Part shown: piece by piece, positions 11,945-24,965 of the stretch | Position numbering within the stretch: the stretch's first letter is position 1 | Layout: each line of letters begins with the position of its first letter | Assembly (NCBI RefSeq): GCF_001194135.2 | Contig: NC_068995.1 | Location: 10,121,863-10,166,301, forward strand | Direction: 5' to 3' | From: Octopus bimaculoides | Lineage: Eukaryota | Length of the DNA: 44,439 nt | Program-made: the position numbers and the translations under genes | Notes under the pieces: model-generated | The model's database searches: none | The model's input: the letters and a program-made list of their open reading frames with translations, nothing else | What the model was told of the DNA's origin: nothing

Positions 11945-12197
11945 GAATCGTTAACATGTTGGGCAATATGCTTAGCGGCATTTCGTCCGTCTTCACGTTT
12001 TGGGTTCCAATTCCACTGAGGTCGACTTTGCTTTCCATCCCTACGAGGTCGGTAACATAAGTACCAGTGAAACTCTGGGGTCGATATAGTCGACTACCCC
12101 CCCCCCCAAAAAAAAAATATATATTTAGGCCTTGTGCCTATAGAAGAAANNNNNNNNNNAAAAAATATATATTTAGGCCTTGTGCCTATAGAAGAAA
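11945..12197 (+). mobile_element. SINE family A, spanning a 10-N gap
   Basis: ATGCTTAGCGGCATTTCGTCCG...GAGGTCGACTTTGCTTTCCATCC...GGCCTTGTGCCTATAGAAGAAA. Confidence 0.8.
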
Positions 12198-12899
12198 GAA
12201 TTATTAACCGTAAGGAAAAGACGATGCTGCCGTCATCGTTGTCGTTGCTGTTTATGCACATTTTCTCACTCGGTGGACTTGGAGGAGTGGGTATGACAAT
12301 TCAGAATTCAAGGTAATAGCGATTAATTAATTAATTAATTAATTTTAGTGGTGGAACCCATCAAAGATTCACCGGTCCTCTTCTTAGCTCCGCGAAACTC
12401 GAATCAACGACCGGACGAAAGCACCTCTTACTCTCTTCAATGCTGAGTTACATTTTATCAGCAAATATCAGATGACAACAATATATTCAGGGGAAATAAA
12501 TCATATCTAATCCAAGCATTTATGACGACCGTGTGACAGAACAGCTTCGTAGGCCAGTGGTAGCCACTCTTTCAGCTCATATAACGGTTGACCGTTCACA
12601 TTAGTCGGTGATATGATTATAAGTGTATTAAGAGCTAAGAGCGAAAGGGAAGTGAAGAATATAAACAGTTAAAATACATCTTCAATGAAATATTATTTTT
12701 AAAAAAATATTGATTTCTTTCCAAAACTACGAATGCGAGATAAGTCATATATAATTACTGTTGATAAGAGACCCACAGAATTGATGTTGGCGGTGATTAA
12801 CGATAGAGGGAAGTAATATTTACCAAAATAAATGTAATGAAGCATCGTTTTAGAAAATAAACTTCTGTTTATATTCCCTTTCCGCACTGTTAAATAAGT

Positions 12900-13370
12900 A
12901 AACAGAGGCAAAATAATAAAAGAAAAACCAAAACGGATTTGGAAAAGAGAATAAAAGTTCGCTGATCTACGGAAACCCATTGACGAATTGACGATATTTA
13001 TCAAATGTAAACAAACAAATAGCTTCTCTCAGCAGCAAAAAATTGAAGAATAAAATAGAGTAAATGTTAGGAGATATTAAGAAGAGAGGAACTCTATAAT
13101 ATAGGTCGATCTTTTTCAAACAAGAGCTAAAAGCTATCAGTGTGAAACTCCATCGTCAGAAGAGAGAAGCTGGAAGATAAATAATTCATAGGAAATTCAG
13201 CGGAAATCAATCAGCAGTCTACAGAAAAGGAGATGAGGAGATGAGGTGACAGTCAATAAAATTTACCGAAAAGCTTCTCGAGAGAATACAGATTAATTCT
13301 GAGAAAAATCTGGAGTGAGGATTTTTAACTTCGATGCAGCTAGTTAGATGAAATCAATCATACAGAATAT
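12900..13370 (+). mobile_element. R4/Dong-clade ORF relic (region upstream of the RT)
   Basis: FKQELKAISVKLHRQKREAGR*IIHRKFSGNQSAVYRKG and then ..KIWSEDFNF resemble the LKQKL.A...L.RY...NRMF..N...FY...FW..IW segment of Dong/R4 ORFs (recalled pattern). Many stops and frameshifts. Confidence 0.55.
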
Positions 13371-13877
13371 CCCTATAGTTATATCACAAGCATACTGCTT
13401 CAATGATGATCTCTTTCAAAGTGTGGTAGATAACCCTTACTTAAGGAGGTATCGGGAGAAGATTTAAATGGCGGCTGTTGGCACAGAGGGAAAATTTGAT
13501 TTATTTTCATCAGCCTTTATTAGTTCTCGTTGGGGGTTATGTAAATACAGTAAGCGTTGCATTCCTTTGACAGCATCTAGGAAACGCTGAGTGTCGTAAT
13601 GCATCCATGGGGTAGGTTGGCATGCATGAGACAAATAGTAGTATAAAATATGGAAAGGAACCCTTGTAAAAGTGTTGTATGATGGTCGGCCAGGAATACA
13701 GCCGACCGCTGGACACGGGAGGGCAGGTGGCTGATACCTGATGATGAGATATGACATTCTGGTGGTATCATTATATTATACTATCCGCAGGAAGGACACC
13801 ACATAAATGACAATATAAAAGTTGTTACAGCGATGTAGCATGAATAGTGTATGGAGGTCTTATTATTATTTATTATG

Positions 13878-13985
13878 CGCCCTTTTAAAGCCTAGCCAGG
13901 CTCATGGGCCCGGTTTCCCGGTTTCTATGGCGTATCCCCCCCCCCATCCGCTGGACGGGACGCCAGTTCTTCGCAGCGTTACTCA
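13878..13985 (-). mobile_element. SINE 3' fragment with a V-domain-like motif
   Basis: Minus strand reads AACGCTGCGAAGAACTGGCGTCCCGTCCAGC...GAAACCGGGAAACCGGGCCCATGAGCCTGGCTAGG, similar to V-SINE CTGCGATGGACTGGCG.CC.GTCCAG (recalled). Confidence 0.5.
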
Positions 13986-15865
13986 AGAAAAAGGAGGAAA
14001 GAGTGAGAGAACTGTTGTTGGCTTATTTTTCCGTCTTCATAACTTAGTGGATCAGAAAAAGAGACCGAAAGAATAAGTATATGACTTTAAAAAATAAGAC
14101 ACCGTTAAAGACATTGCTCCAGCATGGTCGCAGTCCAAAAACTGAAACAGGTAAGAGAAGTAACAAAATAAGTTGACGAGAATACGTCTCGAACTAATTA
14201 TCAATTTGCCTAGAATACGTTCGGGAAATGATTTTATATTTCAAACCGTAAGTGGTTTGATAGTCGTCTGGAAACCAATGATAGAAGCTGGGCATCACAA
14301 AACCAAAGAAGTTCGAATTAATTAGAATATTACAATTCCTAACCATTAACAAAGCTATGAAGGTATTTAACACATTCAAGAATTTAGCCTGAAGTATAAA
14401 CACATAAGCTTGTATAGAGTTTCATATATATATATATATACCCATGTATTTATGTATGTATGTATTTGTAAAAATATATATTCATGCACAATATATATAT
14501 ATATATAATTCAGTTTTGGGGATTCATAGATATACAGGTATTCTATTTCAGATGATACAAAAAAAATAACCTAATGAGCATATCTGAAGGTAAACTCGTG
14601 GTATTTATTTGCACATCATGAAATAATACTTTCAAAGATATAACCAGTATACCAGCAGGGTACAAAATATATTTCCTTAATTATTTCCTACTTAATTTAG
14701 AATTAAAATTATCAACATATATATAATTGTTATTCATTTATAGCTGAAAAATTTTGCAAAAATGTTACAGGTGTTTAAAGTTTGATAATTTTCAGAATTT
14801 CCAGCCAATCATAAAACAACACGTTCGCTGCCTCTTCCATCATCAGGAGGATGGGCGTCAGCGTGTCAAAACATTGTAAGAAATAACGATCAAGACATTA
14901 AAATATGCAGGAATCAAATTAACGTTAAAACATCCACGAGCAAATTAAATATTTAAAAGCTATGAACAAACAAACCAACAGGAGTTGAATGTTCACCATC
15001 CCACTTCCATTGCCCCCCCCACACACACACACAAACACACATTCACACAAGCACACACATGCACACACACGCACAAACATTCACACGCATCCCTTTTACA
15101 TACACACACACATACTCACACAGAGTCGAAACGCTCCCTCGACTGGTTTTCCATCATCCCTTTCTTTCCTTATTCATCTATCACCCCTTCTTTTCTCATT
15201 CGTATGTTGTGACGGAGAAAAACACAAGAGTATCATTACAGTAGAAGATTATCTTTCTCGTATCTCCTTCTCCTCCTTGTGCTCATGCGCAGCATCTTTG
15301 GTTACACTGGAAACAGAGTTATTCGCCAAGTTGGTGTGTAAAAGATTCGCTTCTGATTGGCTAAAATACCCAAATTTTGCAAATTTTAAAGGCTAATAAC
15401 TTTTTAATTAAGGATTTATAGCAAAAATTAATTTCATTTTCATAATTAGTATACAAACACAATCCATATACCAAATTTGAAAACAATTGGAACAACATTG
15501 TAAACACTGACGAAAACCACAAAGATCCTATATATATANNNNNNNNNNNNNNNNNNNNNNNNNNNNNNNNNNNNNNNNNNNNNNNNNNNNNNNNNNNNNN
15601 NNNNNNNNNNNNNNNNNNNNNNNNNNNNNNNNNNNNNNNNNNNNNNNNNNNNNNNNNNNNNNNNNNNNNNNNNNNNNNNNNNNNNNNNNNNNNNNNNNNN
15701 NNNNNNNNNNNNNNNNNNNNNNNNNNNNNNNNNNNNNNNNNNNNNNNNNNNNNNNNNNNNNNNNNNNNNNNNNNNNNNNTATATATATATATATATATAT
15801 ATAAGACAGAATGAGATAACAACTCCAAGGGTGTGAGGAGTTTTCAGACCGTTTATAATGAAATG

Positions 15866-15912
15866 GTCTTACAGCTGTTTCTGGGATATTATGGATATCC
15901 CTTCATCAGAGA
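15866..15912 (-). ncRNA. Minimal type-I hammerhead ribozyme motif
   Basis: Minus strand: TCT-CTGATGA-A-GGGATA tccataa TATCCC-A-GAAA-C-AGCT-G-TA-AGAC. The 6-bp helix II, 1-bp helix III with palindromic AGCT loop, GUA site and TCT/AGA helix I are all present. Confidence 0.7.
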
Positions 15913-15963
15913 TGGTGTGAGAAAATATATTTATATATATACACACGCTTCTACCGGTACTAC

Positions 15964-16007
<44 letters not shown>

Positions 16008-16205
16008 GTCTACTATAGGCGCAGGGCCTGAATTTCTGTGAGAAAGCAGTATTCGATCACATCGACTCCAGTGCTCAGCTGTTACGTATTTTATCGACGG
16101 CGGCGGAATATGAACTCAGAGCGCAATGAGTCAGAAGAAATAGAGTTAAGCATTTGGGGGGGGGGCGGGGGTGCTCTACCGATCCTACCCATCCGGCATC
16201 CTATT
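16008..16205 (-). mobile_element. SINE family A (diverged)
   Basis: TCTACTATAGGCGCAGGGCCTGAA...ATCGACTCCAGTG...GGCGGAATATGAACTCAGAGCG. Confidence 0.65.
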
Positions 16206-16254
16206 CGTAACAACAACAACAATAATTATAATAATAAACATAATATTAATAAGC

Positions 16255-16290
<36 letters not shown>

Positions 16291-16735
16291 TCAACCAACA
16301 ACAACAACATGATGCAATTCTTCCGGCGCTCTTAACGTTTGTGCTCATCCAATGCCCAAATAATAACAATAAAAATACTAATAAAAATAATAATAATTAT
16401 TATAACAACAACAACAACAACAACAGCTGTAAGCAATGCGTCTGTTATTTTGGCTGCAGGGTCAGACAGGTGTGAACCACAGAGTTAACATTATGACAGC
16501 TGGGTTTCAAAGCTCACAATATTTACGAATCACTGATCTGGAATGATACAAGAAATTCTTTGACACTTCGTTCGTGGCCAGCTTTCATTTCATTTCATCA
16601 TCATCATTATTATTGTTATCATTATTATTATCATTATTATTATTATTATTATTGTCATCATCATCAACATCATCGTCGTCGTTGTTGTTGTTGCTGCTGT
16701 TGTTGATGTTATTATCAATGTTGTTGTTTCTTAAT
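16206..16735. repeat. Oppositely oriented (AAT/AAC)n and (ATT/ATC/GTT)n tracts flanking a unique core of about 160 bp
   Basis: Seen directly in the sequence. Confidence 0.85.
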
Positions 16736-17147
16736 GTTTGATATTCTATTTTATGTTGCCATTCCGTTGCATATGAGCATATGAACTGCATAAATATACA
16801 TACATACATACATACACACATACATGCATACATATACATATATATATATGTATACACACATACATATGTATGTATATATATGTATACACCCAAACACACA
16901 TGCATATATATACAAATATGTGTGTGTGCTCATATGTATGCTTATGATTATATGTATATATACACACATATATGCCTATATATTTGTGTGTATAAATATA
17001 AGTAGATATATACATACACACACAAATTCACACATATGCACACATGCACCTACATACATGCATGAATACATACATACATAAATACATACATAAACTCATG
17101 CATACATGCAAATAGATAGATAAATACACACACACACACACATGTAC

Positions 17148-17214
<67 letters not shown>

Positions 17215-17684
17215 GAGGTATACACACGTATAAATATGCAAAGTAGACACACATTAACCTCGCATTTTACATGGTGTATTTGAAGTCTTTAATTGATTTC
17301 TTTATCCTTTGAATGCTCTACAGCTAATCACGACTTAGTCGGGGCTATGATCAATGTCCTGTGTGAAATAACTAAATTAAACGGACAGGATGAATTTTAG
17401 AAAGCAGCCCACGCAGAGAAAATTTGCATATATTTATAAACATTACTGTAACATTCTAGGACTTCTGTATGTGTCTTAGCTTTAAAAAAACATTGAAAGC
17501 ATGTACTCAATACAGATATAATGTGTAAGTATTCATTAAGATGTAGAAGTTACATCTTTTACCTTTTATTATTATTCTGCGTACAAACAGCAAAATAATC
17601 TCTTTGAAGACTACGAGAGTTTTCATAAACGAGTGCAGGTGCGTGCGTGTTTTGAGCACGCACAGTATCTTTTATCTTTTAATC

Positions 17685-18245
<561 letters not shown>

Positions 18246-18319
18246 ACTGTTACTTTTTGTTCAGTGTGCGCACGTGCGTCCGCAAGTGTGTGTGCGGGTG
18301 TGTCTGTGTGTCTCTTTCG

Positions 18320-18552
18320 ATTGTAGTGAAAACGTTTTATGGAAGTATTTACAGCGTATTCTAGAACAATCTGCTTTATATACTGCATAATATGTGCAAA
18401 TCTTAATGCTTTTGGATACGTATTTGTCTGTATAATTCCTACCATTCCCAAGACATCGAATGTTATGGGAATCGCTTATAGTTTCAAATACAATATTCTG
18501 GCAATCTCTATTTCTAGAATGGTATGTCTGGATAATTTTTCTGTTTTCTGTT
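18320..18552 (-). mobile_element. R4/Dong-clade endonuclease C-terminal relic (old)
   Basis: EKLSRHTILEIEIARILYLKL*AIPITFDVLGMVG...YIKQIVLEYA matches the EKLSKY.DLEIEI.R.W..K...IP...GALG...IQKI.L pattern. An (ATC/ATT)n tract lies just upstream on the element strand. Confidence 0.55.
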
Positions 18553-19304
18553 AGTGACATATTATCACGATATATTTAGAAATTTTAACATCATCGTCGT
18601 CATATTATCATCATCATCATCATCATTATTATTATCTTTATCATTATTATGTTTTTTTTACTTCTTTCTTCAAATTTTCTTCCATTTCTCGCCGAGTATT
18701 TTCCATACACCTAGGGCAGAGAAATACATTGTATGCATTCCCAGTTTACACACGCAAATTCACAGGTAAAATATGTATTTTTAAAAAAACAAATAAATAA
18801 ATTATCATCATCATCATCATTATTATTATTATTATTGCTGTTGTTATTATCATCATCATCATCATCATTATTGTTGTTGTTGTTACAATTGAGACCTAAT
18901 CGATTAAAGCATATTCCTTTTTATGGTGGACTTAAACAATAATACCTGGATCATTGGCTTTAATGTCCCAATGTTTATGAAATCGAATGACCATAATTGC
19001 AACCACATTGTTATTCTCTGAAATGGTTCCTGCCTTTGTTTGTGACACCGTCGGAATTTTGTGGATATTTTATATAATGGCAAACTTTCAAATTGTGTTT
19101 AGATTTAGAATGTTACAATAGAAGTATCGAGAAATATGCAAATAAGTCTTCCATGAACAATGTCTCCCGAATACCAATCCAATTATAAATAATAGCTCAT
19201 AATGCATTGAGTTTAATAGAGTGAATATCAAAATCGATTGAAAATTACTAGCAGAACGTAAACCATGGATCACTTGTGATCCAGAGAGTTATAATTTTAC
19301 ACCA

Positions 19305-19407
19305 AAGCAGCAGAAGTGGCAGCAGCAGCAGCAGCAGCTGCAGCAGCAGCAGTAGTAGTAGTAGTAGTAGAAGAAGAAGAAGTGGTGGTGGGGGAGGAGG
19401 AAGAAGA

Positions 19408-19454
<47 letters not shown>

Positions 19455-19475
19455 CAGTGGAGGTGGCGGTGCTAG
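19305..19475. repeat. Compound triplet repeat (AGC/AGT/AGA/GGT/GGA)n
   Basis: Seen directly in the sequence. Confidence 0.9.
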
Positions 19476-20243
19476 TGTTTAAGGGACTCTAAACTAGTTG
19501 TCCATGTTGATAAATGTCAAAGATGTCCGTTTCGTGATATTGAAATTTTTGGTGACAAGAAACTCAGAACCTTTTGAACTCTGAAGGATTCCGTATTGGA
19601 ATCTCGCCATTCCATCGAATAAAATCCTACAGGTTTCTCATAACTTGGTTATCCAAGAATTCGGTTCCAACTTTTCTCATTCACTTGATCTTCTGTTTTA
19701 CCTCCGTTCTCAACCGTCTACTACTATTTGGTATTAGCTTTCACGCAATCGTCTTTTATAATTTTCTTCTGTTTATCACTAAGCTACCTGTCAATATTTC
19801 TCTAACGTCATTCGTGAGCTTCAACTATGCTATGCATATACGCATGCACATGCACTTCACAGAAGGCACGCGCATACATACAATACATACACACGCTCAC
19901 AAAACGACTGATTATCGGTCCAAGGAGGCAGCAACTCTGCTCAAATAAATTCAATAAACATGAAGTCGATGTGCAGATGTTGGCAATGAGGTTTAGTATT
20001 TCATCTTCAATGAAACATGTTTATTAGAACGATTCATGCGAGTTACTACACTACAAAAGAACTGGCCGAATGCCCGAAGAGAAACTCCTTCGTTTAACAT
20101 TGTACATACGCATGTCAAAATACAAATGGCCGTCCTCTTGCTGCGAACGAATTATGTCTTTAATCGTTAATGCTATATTTGGGTTCTGGCGCATTGTCTT
20201 GAAGGGTTTAGTCGAAAAAATCGACCCCAGTACTCAGTATTCA

Positions 20244-20277
<34 letters not shown>

Positions 20278-20482
20278 GAAGGTGGCGAGTTGGCAGAAAC
20301 GTTAGCACGCTGGGCAAAATGCTTAGCGGTATTTCCCCTGCCAATACGTTCTGAGTTCAAATTCTGCCGAGGTCAACTTTGCCTTTAATCCTTTCGGGGT
20401 TGATAAATTAAGTACCAGTTGCGTACTGGGGTCGATCTAACCTCCCTCAATTTTCCGGGCCTTGTGCCTAGAGTAGAAAAAA
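20278..20482 (+). mobile_element. SINE family A, near full length
   Basis: AAGGTGGCGAGTTGGCAGAAACGTTAGCACGC...GTTCTGAGTTCAAATTCTGCCGAGG...GTGCCTAGAGTAGAAAAA, inserted just after (ATT)n. Confidence 0.9.
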
Positions 20483-21357
20483 TATTTTAACCATACCTAC
20501 ATCACTTAAATTCAAAATATAAAAGGATCTAACTAGTTACTACGAGGCATTTTCCTGTTGTTTGCTTTCGAACGTCAATGATATATTGTTTTATCATCGA
20601 AAATTATGTTGCTTCGTGTAATTAAATATCGATTTTATTTTATAAATACAAAGTTATTGAAGAAAATAAAAGTTTTGCTTCTAAATGAAGCTAATTCACA
20701 TTTTACCACTGTCAGTTAAATTAGGTCAGCCTAGTTGTTCTCTACGTATATAACAATGTGCAATAATGGTATCTATTATTACTGCAAGACCATACATTTA
20801 AGAGAAAAAGGAATAGATGATTAGATCGAACCCAAAATGTCTCTTGTATTTTATTTTATCGATTTTTTTTCTGAAATATGAATGGTAAAGTTAACCTCAA
20901 TGGAATTTTCAAACGTTACATTGAATCTAAAGCTGTAACTTGGCAGACGAGAATGGATGATAAGAAGAGACATGGTTTTACGGTTTCTACTGAATGTATT
21001 TTACGTTAAAGTTGTATTTGTCAATCTTCTAGTTCGAAAGAAAAGTCAGTGCTGTTGTAGCTGGTGAAAGCAGAGATGGAGGGCACAGTGTTCGGGTGAA
21101 AGACAGAAGATGAGATATGCGAGAATTTATCATTAATCACGACAATTGTTTCGGCACATCTAGCATCGATCCCTCACGTTTTATTGTGCATTTTTGTGTT
21201 TGAGGTTTTTACCTACCACCGCCTGACAACCGGTGTTGGTTCATATCCCAGTAACATAGCGGTACAGCACGAGGAATCGATAGAATAACTACCAGACACA
21301 CAAAAACAATAATAATAATAATTATTATTATTATTATTATTATTGTGATTATTATTA

Positions 21358-21670
21358 TTATTTCTACTCTGTGCGCAAGGCTTTGAAAATTTGGAGGGAA
21401 GAGGGATAGCCGATAACATCGACCTCAGTGTCTAACTGGTACTTATTTCATCGACCTTGAAAGGATGAAAGGCAAAGTCAACTTCGGCGGAATTTGAATT
21501 CACAACGTAGCAGCAGACGAAGTACCGCTAGGCATTATGCCCGGCGTGCTAACGTTTCTTATTTTTTTACTGCCCACAAGGGGCTAAACATAGAGGGGGC
21601 AAACAAGGACAGACAAAAGGGATTCAGTCGATTACGGAATTTGCACTCAGAACGTAAAGACAGACGAAAT
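21358..21670 (-). mobile_element. Dimeric SINE family A (deleted first monomer plus complete second monomer)
   Basis: Junction CCCGGCGTGCTAACGTTTCTTATTTTTTTACTGCCCACAAGGGGCTAAACATAGAGGGG is the reverse complement of the junction at 24470-24525. Confidence 0.8.
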
Positions 21671-21684
21671 ATATATATATATAC

Positions 21685-21733
<49 letters not shown>

Positions 21734-23678
21734 TGTGTGTGTGTGTGTGTATATTTATATATATTTAGAGAGAGAGAGAGAGAGGAGGTGGGAGAGAGAA
21801 AAAAGAGAACGAGAGAGGGAAGATAAATATACGTACTTTATGTACTCGCACACGCACACATATATGCACATACACTTTGCAAGAGTTACAGTGTTCTTAA
21901 TAATCTAGATCTAAAATATTGCAATATAAGGTACAATCAAGAAAAATAACATGGAAAATACAAATAATATTAATACTGAAATAAATATTCAAATATAAAT
22001 GAGAAGTAGTCTGGGGGATGCAAACAATATCGAACACACATACACAGGGTATGTGATTTGCCAGTTCGTGTGCAGGCTGCGATCGTAGGCATATGAGCAT
22101 ATATTCCCATCGATTCATCTGATGTTAAAACACTTAGAAGTCATAGAAAAGCGAGAATCCTCGCATCAGGTCTCGTTAGAGGGACTTTGTGTATGTGTGT
22201 TCGATATTGTTGCTATACCTTGGTCTGCTTTTCACTCATATTTGAATTTTTTCCGCGCTATGAATCGTTGGGACATACCAGCACACGGTTCTCACACCGT
22301 TTTGCATATAGTCATAGACAGCGATTTAGCTTGCATCTGGCCTCGTTTCGGATACGTGGTATTAACAAGTCCCGAAAATGACGAAACATTAACGTCTACC
22401 GCTCCAGTAAGAGAACCTGCTGCGAGTTATCTCGCTTGTCTATGACTTACAGGTGTTTCAACACCATGCGAATCCTCCCAAATAGCGGTTTGGTCGACAC
22501 GGGGCTCACGCAGTGGAATTTCAACCGGAATGAACGTGACTGGAAGACCAAATATGCACACACACACACACATACACTCACAAACAAAAATATGTACATA
22601 TATATGTGCGTACCTGCATATACACATACATAGGCTGACTAGCAAACGGAAGATCAAACCTAATCGATATCGGTTTGTAACTAATATACTGATAGCGTAC
22701 ATTCTCGTACTACTTTGTGCATCTTCCAGATCTGCACCTTAGTCCATAGTCTGCTAGCTGTGTCGTTCTTTATTTTTATCAGAATCTTTTGTTTGGCGCC
22801 AAACGAGAACATCTAATCAATTTACCAAATTTTACACTATCTCTTACCATAGAACCAGAACTAACTGTGAAGAATTTTGATTTAGCTTACTCGAAATTTC
22901 TCCTATCTCTGTTGTTCACACTGAATGCGCTGGTACAAGCTATGGAGGTTTAGTTATGCCAATAATATATGTATATGCGAATATATATATGTATGTATCT
23001 GTATACACACACATACATACACACACATACATACACACACGCACACACACTCATACACACACATATACACAAATATATATGTATGTATGTATGTATGTAT
23101 GCATTATTCATCAGGTTGGAAAATCGAGATGCAGAAATCGTATCCGATTAGACTATAATAAATACATACACACACCTCACACACACACATATATATGTAG
23201 ATATACATGTGTGTGGGAGTGCGTGTGTGTGTATGTGTTGGTGAGTGGGTGTACTTGTGTGTATATACACACACAAGCACACACATTACATACATAACTA
23301 TATATCTATATACATACAAATATATACATATATATGTATGTATGTATGTATATATACTATTTACATGTATCTACACATTAAACACTGGCAACCATTTTCT
23401 AAATAGTTTTCATCTCAATTATATTTCACTTATCTTCCGACCGCCACCACCAGGATAAACACTTTCTTTAATATCTCATTTAATACGTATTCTTTTAAGA
23501 TTCTCGTTTCTAATTTCATCTAATTTCTCTCTCTCCCTTCGACTTCTCTGTCTGACTGACTGTCTGTCTGTCTGTATCTCTCTCTCTCTCTCCATTCTTT
23601 CCTGTTTTCTTCCTCCGGCTTAATGTCTTCTCTCTAAATTTCATTATTTTCTGTTCTTCCTCTTTCACTTTCGATGTG

Positions 23679-23826
<148 letters not shown>

Positions 23827-24296
23827 TATCCATAAGGTGTTTGGCGCCAAACCAGAACATCTAATCGTTTTATTGTTTTTGCCGTAACTCCTACTTGGGA
23901 ATCAAAGCTAAAGCTTGTAATATTTGGATTATGTTTACGTCACACATACACATATACGTTCATACATTACACCTACATGACTACAAACCTACATACAAAC
24001 ATACATACGTACGTACAGACAGGCAGACATTCATGCATGCATAGTCTAACTTTAAGCATTATTTGACCCTACCTTTTTTCTTTTAAAGTTTCTTTTATCT
24101 CTCTTTGTTCTTCGTTTCATTCTTTAACTTTTTCGTTCTTTTATAACTGTTTTGTCTTTTAATTTCTTTCTTCTGTTCCTTATATCGAATTCCGTTGGCT
24201 GTGGTTTTGGACTGGAGTAAGAATGTAGTCACAATACCTTCTGGCGATATTTCGGTTTTCTACGTTATATAAATTGAAGGTTATAAGATGCAAGCA

Positions 24297-24690
24297 TTAA
24301 GGCGGCGAGGAGCTGGCAGAAACATTAGCGGTGTTTCGTCTACCGTTATGTTCTGAGTTCAAATTCCGCCGAGGTCCACTTTGCGGTTCATCCTTTCGGG
24401 GTCGATAAATTAAGTACCAGTTATGCACTGGGGTCGATGTAATCGACTTAATCCCTTTGTCTGTCCCCTCTATGTTTAGCCCCTTGTGGGCAATAAAGAA
24501 ATAAGAAACGTTAGCACGCCGGGCAAAATGCTTAGCGGTATTTCTGAGTTCAAATTATGCCGAGGTCCACTTTGCCTTTCATCCTTTCTGGGTCGATAAA
24601 TTAAGTACCATTTGCGTACTGGGGTTGATCCAATCGACTGGCCCCCTCCCCAAACATATCGGGCCCCGTACCTAGAGTAGAAAAGGATAA
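24297..24690 (+). mobile_element. Dimeric SINE family A
   Basis: Two cores (TGAGTTCAAATT..GCCGAGGTCCACTTTGC..TTCATCCTTTC.GGGTCGATAAATTAAGTACCA) joined by TTAGCCCCTTGTGGGCAATAAAGAAATAAGAAACGTTAGCACGCCGGG. Confidence 0.88.
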
Positions 24691-24799
24691 TATGCAAGCA
24701 TTTGGCGCGAGGCCCTTGAAAAGCCGAAGTTCGCAGCATGAAGTACAGGCTAATCTTTCTAGTAGGTCAATTCCACCGCCAAACTTCAAATACAGGATT

Positions 24800-24965
24800 C
24801 AAATTTTGGCGCAAGTACTTTAAATCGATCCCAGCTTTCAACTGGTACTTATTTTATTGATCTCGAAAGGACGAAAGGCAAAGTCAACCTCGGCGGAATT
24901 TGAACTCAGAACGTAAGGATGGACCAAATATAGCTGAGCAGAGCACTTTGCCTGACGTTCTAACG
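24800..24965 (-). mobile_element. SINE family A
   Basis: CAACTGGTACTTATTTTATTGATCTCGAAAGGACGAAAGGCAAAGTCAACCTCGGCGGAATTTGAACTCAGAACGTA. Confidence 0.85.

Noticed and set aside
12108-12197. Apparent tandem duplication of about 38 bp of a SINE 3' end
   Set aside because: The two copies flank a 10-N gap and are identical, so this is most likely an unmerged contig overlap.
12214-12312. Signal-peptide-like MLPSSLSLLFMHIFSLGGLGGVG followed by a GTAATA donor
   Set aside because: It directly follows a SINE tail, two frames are open, the next acceptor is only 36 nt away, and no promoter or homology support exists.
14796-14875. 80-nt candidate exon (tttcag / gtaaga)
   Set aside because: It overlaps a decayed hammerhead/PLE-terminus-like motif (minus strand CTGATGATGG..CGAACGTGTTG) and no protein is recognised.
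18339-18554. Hydrophobic ORF MEVFTAYSRT... with a GTATGT donor; also a DEG/ENaC-like EYAVNTSI on the minus strand
   Set aside because: Better explained as an R4/Dong endonuclease C-terminal relic on the minus strand, and the ENaC HG motif is absent.
19900-20210. RMPEEKLLRLTLY resembling an RTE C-terminal motif
   Set aside because: The match is too short and flanking RTE motifs are absent; left unassigned.
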